Below, piece by piece: positions 25,728 through 39,622 of a DNA stretch of 64,000 nt; position 1 is the stretch's first letter; each line of letters begins with the position of its first letter. Source of the DNA: Paragordius varius (taxonomy: Eukaryota > Animalia > Nematomorpha); the NCBI GenBank assembly GCA_964247055.1, contig OZ176056.1, forward strand, positions 3,596,001-3,660,000, written 5' to 3'. Below the pieces are notes generated by a model. It saw only the letters and a list, made by a program, of their open reading frames with translations. It had not been told where the DNA came from and ran no database searches. The position numbers and the translations under genes were made by a program.

Positions 25728-27677
25728 TTAATTATGACCCAATCATGTAATCAAAAATCTATTTTTCAACATTTTATTGATGTAGAAGAGTTTAGTTTAT
25801 ATACCGGCAACATGCCTAAAAATATCCTAAACTCAAGAAAATAGTGCTGAAAACAATCTTGCATATAAAAATTATTATTGCATCTTAGCTATTTTACGTC
25901 TTTTTAGCTAACTAGTCCTTTTAGAAGAGCATATGAATTCGAAAATTTCGGAAATTTTGATTCGTTGCTTTTTAAATGCATTTTATAATATATTTTGGAA
26001 TGAAGCATTCCGCTTTGCCAAAAATACCTAACTTATAAGCGCTTATTTTGTGATTTTTGATACTTTTTTTAAAAATCCCGTATGGCCCAAAACCAAGCCT
26101 TATACAAATCTTAATAAATTTTATCAAAAAAATATTCTGCCAGGAAATTTTTTGTCAGCACTGTGTATTTGAAAATTTTCCTTTCCCCAAAAATAAATCA
26201 AAGGCTTTTATATTTCATTTATAAATGAGCTGAGGTAATTTCAGGGTCCAAAAAAAGATGCGTGGATAACCCCAGAACAGAATATAATACGTTCTATACA
26301 ATATTTGATTGTACAAATTAAGCCTAAATAAACGGGTATATTTAATAATTTTGTTTTTTATAGGTAAGTACGACATAACATTCATATGCCTGTCTATCTA
26401 AAATTACTCTAGAGGTTTTAGCAAAAAAGATGATTTGAGAAGCGGGTAAATACAATGGTAATTTTGTCACCCTCTGCGCATTCAAAATCTTGATGTTTTT
26501 ATGAAATCTATCTTAAATTACCGTTATTTGCAGCGTGCTTAGCTATGGACCAAAAAAAATCGGCCCAGGATATAGTCTTATATATTCGGAAAATAAAGTT
26601 TAAAATGTTGGAGGTAAAAAGACTTTTGTAGTGGGAGAAAATGAAACAAAACTGGCCAGAAACGTAATATGAATGGTGATTGCAATATTATAAAACAGCA
26701 GCTAATACATGGAATATATTGACATTTTAGGTACCATTAAAAGACATTGCGCATGCTTCAGAAAATATAAGTTCGGCAATCAAAAAAATCAAAAACAATT
26801 TAAGTTTTGATTACAATTCAGTGATTTGCAATTAGTACCATCATGTGTAAATGTTCTGCTATTTGTTTCAGAATAAAACATAATATCTATAATATCCCAT
26901 GGACTTTTGCCGATTTTAGAACTTCATTACAAGTTTGGGTTTAGTAGGAATATTTTTATATCAATAAAAACATTTATAAAATTGTACCAAAATCAAAAAT
27001 ATACATTAGGCTTAACAAGCCACAGAATTTATAAAATGTTTTTAAATAATATTTTAAATTTTAGAATAAAGAATGCAACAATTTAACAAATAATGTATTT
27101 TGTAAAATTATCAATTATAATAAATTTCTTGATTTAAATGTTTCAAATCTCACATATTTTTATATGAGAACCCAATTTTTTCCTATATATATATATATAA
27201 TGTCGATGACAATAGGTATGATAAAATTAATCTAAATATTTTAAAGCTTTAAAACCGATCAGGCCTAACCCTAGTTGGATATTCTTTTTAACAACAGAGG
27301 CATAAAAAATGTTATGGGTTAAAAAAACATTCATTTTTGAAAGATACCAAATTTCCCCTCATCATATACGACATAGTATAATTACTTAGCCCCAAAAAAT
27401 TAAAAATTGAAAAAATGCGTTTAAATTTATTAATATAAAAGTGTGTGTAAATAAGGCTAGCTAAATTTGTTTTAACAAAAAAATGATTAAAATATAAAAA
27501 CGGGTTAAAATGAGATGATTTTTACTTTGTGGGTTATTCACATAATAATACATTTTTGTTGTTTTGTTAAAATATAAAAATGATTGGTGATTAAATGCAC
27601 TTAATTACATAAATAATAATAATAATAAAATATATTTTTACAGATATTTTACATGGTTAATTATATTAGAATAAAAG

Positions 27678-29166
27678 TTATTTAGTTAATGTTTCAGACA
27701 GTTCTTTATCGAAAAGTGTTTCACCCAAACCACATCCCATTCGTTTAAGTCGTGTCATCCAACTTGACAATTGATTCAAACTATCAACTTGTTCAGTAAA
27801 GAAATGCGATTCCAAAAAATCCATAAGCTACATCATTTGATAGAAAAAAAACTTTTTAAAAAAAACATATTTTATGACCTATTTTACTCCTAATTTATAC
27901 TTCCAAAAACATTAGCGCATCAAAGGTGATGGTTTACTTTACCATTTAAAAGTTTGTGTTTTCATTATTTATACTAAAGTCCCATTTATATTTAAATTTT
28001 TCACTTGAATTATTTTTCATCAAAATTACTAAGGCAAAGCATCTTACATTATTTCACGCATGTCACATATCTTATTTTTCGACAACACAATCACCATATA
28101 AAAGCATTTTTTATCTTATGACAATATTTTAATCTGCTTCCATTCAGGGTGGTATATTTTACCGCGCATATATAAGAAAAAAATATAACATTATAATTAA
28201 TTTCAATTTCCGTACTAAATACCAAAGTTGGTCTTTAACAAAAATGGTTGTATATTATCATTTAACATATTAGTAGTCAAAAAACCATATTTTTAAGCAA
28301 ACATAATGTCACTAACACCGTAATTTATTGATTGGAATAACAACGCGAAAATATATCAGATTAAAAAAGATTACCGACCTCAAACATTGTTCTTCTACGG
28401 ATATATTCGCGACTGCTATGATAATTTTTGGCGTTTTTTTATTTATTTTCAGCCGAATCTTGGATTATATCTAACGTTTTTAAAAACTATCATCCTTAAC
28501 TACACAAATATTATTACACATAAAATATCTCAAAAACCTTAAAAAGTCGATCAAACCCCAAAAACAGTCTTTAGAGGTTTAAGGGTATATAATACATTTT
28601 TGGTAAGAAAAAATCTTTCTATGCAAAATTAACAGTCATAACCATTTTCGCAGATAAAAAAGATTCACCGAAAAAATATCAATAAGATTGTCATATTTAT
28701 ATCGTTTATCTAGTGCAGATTTTTAATCGGAATGTTAGTTGGCATAGAAAAATTATCTTTATTTTTACCATCCATGAAATAAATGATTGATATAAACTTT
28801 ATAAGATTTTTTATTGGGTAAAAAGAAGTTTTAAAACTACTTTATATAGTTAATTTATTTATTATTACATGGAAATCTTCGGAAAGGGCAGCTATATCAT
28901 GCAGTTTCCGAATGCTTTCATAAACTTGACTTTCGAGCTTAAACGCAGTTTGCAAAGCGGCCAATGGGGTATCCCACACATAAGAGGAATCTGGTTTCTG
29001 AAAATGGCAATTGAAGTCATTATGGTTTAGTTATTAAATTATAAAATTATTATTATTATCAAAATGTAGAATTTTTCATCCACTTTATTCTAATGTGTTT
29101 CAAAAAGAGTCATTAATATCTTTAAAAGCAATATTAATTAAAAATTATATCGTTAGTTTAAAGCTG

Positions 29167-29201
<35 letters not shown>

Positions 29202-30189
29202 AAATTTCATCTCACAATAAAATAAAATAAAAGGCGATTGTCCCAAATTCAACCAAAAATATAACTTAAACATATGATTATAAAAAAGATTTATGAAATG
29301 AGAAAAAAATGTAACTTGGTTTAATTATATATAGCAAATTTGTATTTTAATCTTTAAAATAGGTCCTACTAAAAGCAAAACAAATCCCAACAATATTATT
29401 TTTTAAGACACTCCTTATTTCAAATTTTTTTTCAGTGATAACAAGAAATTAAATTAGATTTTCTTAATTTTAAAGTACCAAGTACTTACTTGAATATCTT
29501 GAGCCAACAAGTTTCCACCTCTGAGGTTAAGGTAACGCATAAACTTTTCTGCATGTTCCCTTTCTTCGGCGGATGATTTAGCAAAAAATTTAGCGAACCC
29601 TGGCAAATTAACGTCATCCCGTTCAAAGAACATAGACTATTAAATTAAAAAAGTTTTTAGAGGCCCTACGCAATAAAAGTTTTAGCTAAATAAAAGTTGA
29701 AAGAATGTGTATCTATCAATTATAATAGTTTTAAGGCAGAGGGTTTAAAGGAGTACCCTTTATTTAAAAAAATTGCTGTTACTTTTTTAAAATTAATTTT
29801 ATAATTATTGATAGAACCTCAAATTTTACATTGACCCATGTTTTTTAAATCAATTACATAGATTAATAGTTGTTAATATATTTTTAACTATAAAACCCAA
29901 TATAATGAAAAAACTTGCCAAAAAATAAATAAAAAACTATTTTTTTTCATAAACAATGATTTCCATTTTATTTTACATAATTTTTAACAAAAAAATGTGT
30001 CATTTATTCTTAAGTGGGGATTGGACCTAGGCGTATCAACTTTTAAACATGTTTATGTTATTACATGTTTTATGATTGATGACAAACACAATATTTTAAT
30101 AAAAGAAAGAAAAAAACTTGTGCATTTCAAAGTGTCAAACGTTTTGCCAAGTTTTATTATTATTCATTTAACAATGGATTAATTATATA

Positions 30190-30221
<32 letters not shown>

Positions 30222-30536
30222 AATAAAAATCTTTTTACCATAAGATGATAAATATAACTAGCTCTATACTCCAAATTGACTTGGGACGAAATAGATATTT
30301 CACATTTGTCACATCGATGAAACAATGTCGCTTCACGCAATTTACTTTTAACTGATTTACGGGCAGTAAGTCCAGGGTTTACAACAAAGTTTGATATTGT
30401 TTTATCCGATTCATATTCTAATATGTTAAAATTGAGATACCATACCTTGTAATGTAGGACAATTATTAGCTTTATCTGAAGCGTGCCCAGTTAATACAAT
30501 CAAAGATATTATAAGAGTGTAAATATACATTTTCAT
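27678..30536 (-). CDS. Secreted H-type ferritin, about 231 aa, 5 exons: 30536-30446, 30417-30239, 29636-29490, 28997-28869, 27827-27678
   Basis: Hydrophobic leader [19 protein letters not shown]. The core reads [61 protein letters not shown] and [11 protein letters not shown]. Ferroxidase residues equivalent to E27, Y34, E61, E62, H65, E107 and Q141 are present. Confidence 0.95.
30418..30445 (-). other. 28-nt spliceosomal intron (ferritin intron 1)
   Basis: GTATGGTATCTCAATTTTAACATATTAG. It carries an in-frame TAA if retained, and it links the signal-peptide exon to the ferritin core. Confidence 0.85.
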
Positions 30537-30548
30537 ATTTAAAATATG

Positions 30549-30584
30549 TTCACAGGACAAAAACACTGAAATGTACGCTGTGAA
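30549..30584 (-). promoter_or_regulatory. Degenerate iron-responsive-element-like hairpin 12 nt upstream of the ferritin ATG
   Basis: UUCACAG-CGUACAUUU-CAGUGU-UUUUGUC-CUGUGAA has a perfect 7-bp lower stem and an apical CAGUGU, but the upper stem has three U-U mismatches. Confidence 0.4.
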
Positions 30585-32695
30585 AATATTTTTAAAAGGT
30601 TTTTTTGTTAGTTAGAAGGGACGGTTTTATAAGGCGAGAATCATATGTATTGAGGTATGAATGGGATAAGAATAATAAAACCAAAATAATTTGGAAATTT
30701 AACACTTTATCCTTTGGAATATTTATTTTATGTTGCAACGATTGCATTTTAAACATGTATTTGACAGAGGCTAAAATAATATGATAAATTCCAAAATCAG
30801 GAAAAAAAAATTAATTATATATATAATCGGAGATTGATGTGTCTGAATTCAAATGGTACTTTTAATTATGGGGCTTACGAATGATATAATAAAGTTATTT
30901 GTAATTTTGATATATTACTCACTATTGTAAAAAAATTAGCGCACATCAGATAAAAATTCGTAAAAGCTAAATGCGTTATTTAAAAAATGGCATCATAATA
31001 ACATATTAGTTTAAAAGGCAAAAAATGTTTTATAAATTTTAAATTTTTTTGCCTTTTATAATAGATTATCTGTTAGATGAGGGCAAAAATACCAAGATTG
31101 CATAAATATAATAAAAGGTAGTAGATTGTTTAATATAGTAATGTAAAAGATGTATATGCCTAATACTATTTTGACTTTAGTTTTGTAGCCGATTATATCA
31201 AGGGGTATTACAGTGGATCGAAATATTAATGTTTGAAAGAGAAACTCAAACTTATTAATGCTTTTTCAACTTCTATCTAAAGGATTATAGCACCAAAACC
31301 ATTTAAAACAAACATTTAATTTAAAATATTACTGATTAAATATGATTATTTACATTTTTTGACCCCAATAGCTAAAAAGAAGGCGAAAAAATTTGAGTAT
31401 TTATCCAATTTTACACTGTAATCTCAAGCATATTAAAGGTTGGCATATTTATAAATTTGGCTCAATAGTAATATATTTTAAGATGCTCTAATTCAGGATC
31501 ACTCTGCAAAAAAGTTCCTCCAACGATAAAAATTGTAATATTAATTTTAGTATGACTTTATTTTGGCCTATTTATGATATTTATTGATAAACATGGGAAG
31601 ATTTCCATTACCTAAAAACTTTAATTTGTTGACAGTGATAAAGATTAGCACTTATAAATAAAAAAGCATAATGAGCCCTGAATATATGCTTTTATATGGA
31701 GCAGTTAGTATTAAATGTATGCCCCAAAACCAACCATAAGAAAGATACTTTTCATAAACAGAATATCTATATTTCATCAGTATTTGTTAAGGGCACTATA
31801 TAATCAGACCTATTTAATACAGATGTTATGTCGTCCGTTATAAATTAATGACAACCCTAGGCTTTGTGTCAGCTCTTGTCAAAATATGGAGAAAAATATA
31901 TCTAAACCAGGGGTGTTCAACACAAATGGTTTTGAGGCCTACATTTAAACTTGAAAATCCGGGGTTAAAAAACAGAACGAACCAATAGAACTTTATGACT
32001 GCTGCAAAAATAATTTATCCCTTTGCCAAACAATATATTAGAAATTTAAGCAATAAATGAAATATTTCTGAGTAAACTGCGGTATGAACACTAATATGTT
32101 TTAAAACAGTTTTGACCAAAAAACTTTAAAGGGCCACACCACATAAAAATAATTATTTCATAGCTAATTAACACATTTATAGATATTTATACTCTAAATA
32201 AATATATAAAAAAATAAATAAGTAATTCAGAGCCACAAAAGCACTTTTGGCCCATGAGCGGTTTAAGTACCACTGTTTAAAGGGAAAAGGATGACATTTA
32301 TAATATTTAGTTATATCAAATCCTTGTAAACAAAATATTTTTGATAAATTACTCAATTTATATTATTTGGTATCATTTAATTTTACGTTGGCAGAAAGTC
32401 GGCTCACTGGCCTCATAATACGCGCCTGATCTAAACGCTCCCACAGCATTGACTTTTAAAAGAATTCTTTAAAATTTATCATTCCATATTGTATGGTTTT
32501 ATACAAGGGTGCGCAGGGGTGTCCGATAATAACTTTGCAGCCCGCCTGTTTAACCCAATGCGGCGGGCCGCATTTAATATATGGGCATTTACTCTTAATT
32601 TATTTAATTTAAACCATAAGAATGCAAAAAGCAAACGCAATAACATTTTCTTTCTTGCTAAATGGAAAGCTTATTTAGAATAATTATCTAAGAAA

Positions 32696-33420
32696 TCTAT
32701 ATATTAATAAAAATGGAAAATGCTGGCTTTGTGATCTGGTACCGGAAAACCGGTAGACCCATTCAAATCCAAACATCGAAAAAATATAATCATTAATGAA
32801 TGCCCCGACAATAGCTCGTCCTTTTTTGAATTAGGCCCCCAGTTCAAATTATCCTATGCAATTGTTTCGATAAAAGAATGCATCTGAATATTCATAGTGC
32901 TTTTGGTTTTGGGGCCTACGAATGATAAAAGTGATTCCCCTATAACGTTTTCAACATCTGATTTTAATATCCATAATATGTTAGTAATTTAAAAGTTTTA
33001 TTCTCATTTTTCCTATCTATAAAATGATCCATATATGCGGATTATTTAATAGCTATGATCTCATAGAATTTTCAAAACGGTGCATTCATACTAATATATT
33101 GTTTAGTGGTGTAAAGGCCCCAAATTGACGGCTAACGGAAAAAACTGCTACACTATTATTTTTACCTTTTTGTGGGTTAGAGCCTTTATTGAACTCTTAT
33201 GGCTTCTTAAGTTTTTTGAAAATTATTTCCAAAGCCACGCCATTTTCGTATGGCGTCTCAGTTTTAAACCGGTAGACCCTTGCCCATAGGCCTATATGGA
33301 AAAAGCGCCTTTATAGGGAAAATTTTGGAATCATCTTTGAGACAATCGTTTCGGGTTATTCGAAAAAATACCTCAACACTAAATCGTTATATGATGTATT
33401 TTTAGGGCATAAAGAGTTCA
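32696..33420. mobile_element. Mosaic Helitron fragments (family A 5' end plus family B internal repeats)
   Basis: a|TCTATATATTAATAAAAATGGAAAATGCTGGC at 32696. The stretch 33196-33420 resembles 60385-60620. Confidence 0.65.
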
Positions 33421-33674
33421 AAATTCATAATTTCACCCGTTAAAACATATTTTGACCAAAGTGTTTTAGTAAAATGATATCGACTATACCAAAATTTTTG
33501 ATCCTTTTATTTGAAAAAGTACGCTTAATAAAAAAATAAACTGATATAACCATACAAAAAAGCAACGTATATTTCGCAGATCCCGATACTATAAAATGTA
33601 ACAAATAAATAACTAGATAATTATAAATTTATTCAATATATTAATAACTTTATATAAAGCACATATAAATATAA

Positions 33675-36600
33675 TCACATAATGTAAACCTTTTCGACTT
33701 TACTAAAATCGAAAATTTCTTTCGTGATAGGACAAGTGACTTTATTATCATTCTGTGTAGCCATAGCTTGCAATGCCTAATCAACAAAGCATAAAATTAA
33801 ATTTTTTAATAAATTATATTGTATAAAAAGTGTATTAGTAAACGAAATGATATATAACAAAATAAATTTTGAGAGAATTGGTAAATCCAAAGTACTATGT
33901 CATTCCTTTATATTCTAAGAAAAATGGCAATTTTACATAAAAGTACATAAATATACAGTATTAAAAATTTATTATACAAATATCAAAAAATAAAATCATA
34001 GCCCTTTTCCTAAATAATCCATTTGTTAAGATTTTTTAAGATATGAAATATGAAAAAACAATATTTGGCTTTAAAAAGGGCACCGCCTACTTAACTCTAC
34101 ATTTAACTCAGATAATTGAATTCTAATATAAAAAGCTCTAATATTTAGGAAACATATCGCTTAGAAAAATTATTTAAGTTTCAACACAGAATCGTCACAA
34201 AGAGCAAAAAGTCAAACCTTACCTTTTTCCCATAAATTTGTCCGTTGGGTAACATTAAAGGGGGATTTTTATCATCTAAAATCTCTTGACTTATGCGACA
34301 CAAAAGCCGTGATTGTGTACTATGGGCATAGGGGAGATTCCTACTAACAAGGGCAAGTTTGGAATTGCATATTGGACATTTCGGGTTTTTAGCATATTTT
34401 TTATGATTTTTTGTGCATTCTTGGGCACCTTTTTCAATAGGGCAGGTGCAATTTTTGTCGTTTTCATTGTTTTTTGGGTTATTATTTAAAGAAGTTGATT
34501 GGGTTACTCGATTTTTCCGTTTTTTAGGTGAGGTGAAGTTCATATTACAATTAGCATTATCATCGGTATGATTGCTTTCTAGATCAGTCGCCATATCTGA
34601 GAGAAAAAATGTAAAATGATTTTATTTAATTTTCATAATTGCTGTAAAAAAATAATTTCTGAATTTATATTTAACTTAAAAATATGTATTTGCTATATAC
34701 CATTTACAATTCAAATTTACCCTCAAACAATTCAAATTCGCCCTTAAACGGTTCCAATTCACCCTTAAGTAATTCAAACCCTCGAACAATTCACTTCACC
34801 CTAAAAATAAATTATGAAATTTCGGTCTAATACAACTCATCATTAAAATTAAATATATTTTTATGGCAAAGTTTATTATTTTTTCGGCATTATTATGATT
34901 ACATTTAAATTTATTTTTTAAAAATTATAAATATAGGTAATATTTAATCTTAAAAAAACACATAATTTATTTTAGGGTGAATTTGAATTGTTCGAAGGTG
35001 AATATGAATTTAAGGGTGAATTTAAACTGTAAATTATACAAGTAAGTATGTTTATCATTACAAAACATTTATATTCATATCTTAAGATCTAAAAGCTTAA
35101 AAAATATTTTAATGTATTTCTTTTTACTTCTTAAACTTATTAAATTAAAATAAAATGGCACGATCTAAACTAAAAATGATGTTAAAGAGACAGAACTTAA
35201 AACTAAAAAACAAGTATTATTACAAAAAAACAACTATACTCTTTTAAACTTTGATTTTTCCCACATAAACCAATAATTCTCCAATTTTAAATTATATAAT
35301 TAAATGTATCTTATAAATTTCCATTCCCTGTTTCACGACCCAAAACGAAAATTTTATCATTAAAGAAATTTAATAATATGGTTTTATTGAAAAAAAAATG
35401 TTTGTTCTTTTGTTTTTACGTTTTATCTATTTATTTATTACATATCTAAAGAAAATTTTACAAAAATTATAAATTTATTATGAGACCCAAAAATTTATTT
35501 CATAAATGTATAATAATAATTGAAAAATTACCTTGATCCATTGAATTCTCGTCCGATTTCAGCAATTTTTTATCACATTTGGGTTCATAATTACATTGGC
35601 TAAAATAATTTAAAATTAAAAGTAAAAATTTGATTTGTTTCTGATACTAAAATTAGAATTAATGTAAAATAAGTTTGGTTTCTCTATTTAAAGATAACAA
35701 ATGGTTTAAAAATAATATTTGAATCAAGGCAATGAAATAGAGCTATAAACAAATCAAAAATTTATAAAAGAAATTTAACAATTATTTTATAAAACGTAAT
35801 TTTTTACGGAGTTTTAAGACTAGCCAATCCAGCTTGAATGATGACAGAAAAAACTGATTGTTTATGATCCAATTGATAAACTTTGTATAAGGCATCACGA
35901 AATAACATTACAAGTTTGTGCCACCTTGATTCATCCAAAAGATTCTAAAATTTTTACAATATTATATTTTTTAGCTTATTTTGCAAAATTATATAACAAT
36001 AATTTTTAAATTTATATTTGTGAAAGCAAAAAACATATAATATCATATAAAGAGTAAACACATAAAAAATATACATAACTTTGTTAATTCTGTTTTAAAT
36101 GGCCAAAAAATTGATGTTGTAAATGTAAAAAAGCAAGCATTAAATATTTGGTTTTTTTTATTCCAATATATTAGCAAAATGTGTTTTTAATAAAATATAA
36201 ATTATTAAAAATCATTCATTTATTTTTTGTTTGCGCTAAAAACTTGTATGATCATTTTATTTTTCCAGAATGTTTAACTACCATAAAATGGATAAAAACT
36301 GAAACTTTCTAATGTATCAAGTTAAGCGTTATTAAATTAACTTTAAATATTGATTAATTTATATTTTATAATACACTTGTAAAATAGGGCTATCTATATT
36401 GCCATAAATTACGATATATATTTATTATCATGAATTTTAATCGCGCGGTTCTTAAAACTACAATTTTATTTTTGATCTTTTAATACAATGTTTACCCTAT
36501 TTTAGTCTAAATAGTTTTCAGAAAAAAGTAGAACATAAAATTTTACAGCTTTTTGATATACAAAAGGATTGGTTGATCCATTTCAAAATAAACCGAAAAG

Positions 36601-39583
36601 AATCGACCCAAAAATTTTTCAAAAAAAATGATACAGACTAATCTTTAATAATTTATTCATATCTTGTGTTCTTTCCAATTCATCATGCATATAGTCAAAT
36701 GGAAATAATTAAAAAACAAAGCTGCACATACAAATTAGTTTAAATAGTGTTGTTAACACAATTAACCAATTTTTTACACAATATGATTCAAATTTTTAGA
36801 AATCAAAATTTCTACCATCATTTCATATATTGTATTAAGAAATAGGTTTAATTTAAATTTTTAGGGTTATTTCTTTTTTCATAAAAACAATGAAAAATAA
36901 CTTGTCTAATATTAAATTTATCAAACCAACCTGATATGAATGAGGGACAGGTTGATTAGGGTTAAAAGCTAAAAGTCCCATTAAACGCTGAATATCAAAT
37001 TGGATTTGAGATGCGAAATTGGAATCATTATTTGTGTCATTGATTATTGCATAGGAACCAAAAAACTTTTTACAATATCTTGATGGGTGCATCATAAAAG
37101 AAATTTTAAAAAATGACAAAATAAAAAGTTGTAAAATATACCATTTACAGTTCAAATTCACCCTCGAACAATTCAAATCACCCTAAAAAAAATTACGTGT
37201 TTTTTAAAATTTAAAATTACCTATATTTATATATATATATATATATAAAATAAAATTACGTGTAAAAATAATATAATACTGAAAAAATAATAAAGTATGC
37301 CATAAGAATATAATTTATTTTTAGGGTGAATTTGAATTGTAAATGGTATATAATCCCCTTAACATGGATAAAAAGCATGTATAATTGATTGCGGTATTAT
37401 AAACCCGTTTTTTTTCATTTTAAACAAATAAAAAATAAAAAAACTTTAATCAAACTGTATGCATTCTTTTAATATAAAATTTTTAAGTAAATCTAATATA
37501 TGTTAAAATATAATATATTTGCCTAGGTAAAGTTTAATTTTTTTAATTATAATTTGATTTTATAGGTTTTAAATTTTTTTATTTCACAATATATAAAAGT
37601 TATATTTATTGACTTCATTGGAAAAACTGGTTTATAGAATTAAATAACTAAAAAAATAAATTATACTAAATGCATAAATTTCAATAAAATTACTTTATAG
37701 CATCAAGCAAAAGACCTTTACGGTACATTTGAATGAAATCCTGCATTCGTAATTCAAATTCAACATTATTCTAATAAAATTAAAAAAAAATCTATTATAC
37801 ATATAAAGATATATGAAATAGTTTTAAAATTATTAATTATAATTAATGGTAAAACTAATTTTTTTGCTTATATAAAAAAGTGTGATCATAATAATAAATT
37901 ATTTAAAAACTTATTTTATCACATATATCATTCATTTTTTTGAAAAAATAATGTGCCGATTACTATGTCTCAGGCAGTAATAGGAATAAAAATAGAAACA
38001 TTTTTCATAGCTTGTAAAATAATTTGCCGTTTCTCCTTGTTTTTTAACGAAAACAAGGTAACTGCAACATAAATATTAATATAATTTGACAAATTTCGGA
38101 TCAATATTTTAGTTTTTACATTCGGTATTTAAGCTATATATCCCCAAAAAGTGATCCAAGATTTGTTTAAACTCCAATTTTAGCAATCCAAATGGTTATA
38201 AACATATAAAAAAAGATATAAAACTCCATATATTTACATTATTTATTAACCATTATCATGAAAATTACTTTAATTTTTCTAAGTTTAGATTTATTTTCGT
38301 GACACCAAGCTAAACATGGACCAGTTTGATGCCTTAACAAACTTTGTTCGATCTCTTTGGCCATCAGGAATATTTCAACATTCGTAAGTTCCTACATATT
38401 AGACATTGATTATAATTTTTATTAAATTACATATATATATATAGACTTTTGTGCATTTTTCAATTGATAATACTGTAGCGTGTGTTTGAAAACAAATTTT
38501 GCCCATAATTTGATATATAAAAAAGGTAAAAATTATTTTATTTCAATATTTTGTTGTTTTTATCCATACACTATTGTGTTGCCAATTGGCCACAATATGT
38601 GAGGCCAGAGTGCATACTTAATTACATATAAAGTGAAATCTAACCCTTCTTTTTTTCATAATGAGTCTTTTTTAAAATAAATCACATAGATAAACCAATT
38701 AGCTTACGCTAACTTCATCATGCTGTTTTTCAAATTTTAAGTAAGGCCCTTAACTTTTGATATTATATCGTTCGCATTTAAGGTATTTTCCCGAAAACTT
38801 AGTATATATATTTATGAAAATATATAGAATAGACCTCAACATAAACCCCGATTGTGGGAAAAAATATATGGCTGACTATTTATTTGTTTTATTACCCCTA
38901 ATTTGAGATATATTAAATATAAATAATTTTAGTATGTAAACTAGTAATCAATATTTTTAATATAAAAAAATTATAAAAATCTTTATATGTAATTAAGGGC
39001 TTAAATATCCTATAGCCAAGCAAATTAATGAAAAATGAATTTTAATGATTATAACTTACCACTGGTAAGTCCATGAATTAATATCTGAAAAGTCATAATG
39101 ATCTGCAAATAATCTAACTAATTTATAGGAGAAGCTTAATATAACAAGTCAAGAAAAACACTCGTAAAGACCCAAAAATTATAAAACAAACTAGTAAATA
39201 AAACAAACCTTAATATTAGAACTTTGAGCAAGTGCAAAAGCCGATTCATAATATCCTTGTCTCATGAAATAATCTACAAGCATTCGATCTAATCGACGTT
39301 TTTTCCAACTTAACCATTTTGCATTTATGTGTTCGGCATTTTGAGCCGTGTAACATGTAACAGAATCATCTTTTTCTGGTGTGCATGTTAATAAATTTCC
39401 TCCTAAACATACATATAAAGAAGTTTTAATGCAAAAGTAAAAGGTAATACAAATTGAATTTGTACATAATATACCATATTTGCTTAATTATGAATTTTAT
39501 AGAAACCGTTTTTACACAAACTCTGAATAAGCAATGGTTAAAGTTAAGGTAATGAGCTTTAATAATCAGAAACCTAGATATAA

Positions 39584-39622
<39 letters not shown>

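Noticed and set aside
26400-26800. GC-elevated stretch with weak hAT-like peptide PLKDIAHASENISS
   Set aside because: A single weak motif with no termini.
32385-32455. Short GC-rich patch resembling Tc1 WP..PDLN or an ncRNA
   Set aside because: Needs frameshifts, and no tRNA or snRNA structure is evident.
36906-36930. Apparent eighth tiny intron (25 nt GTTGG..ATTAG) after MAEA exon 7
   Set aside because: The downstream frame stops after a few codons; homology resumes at 35944.
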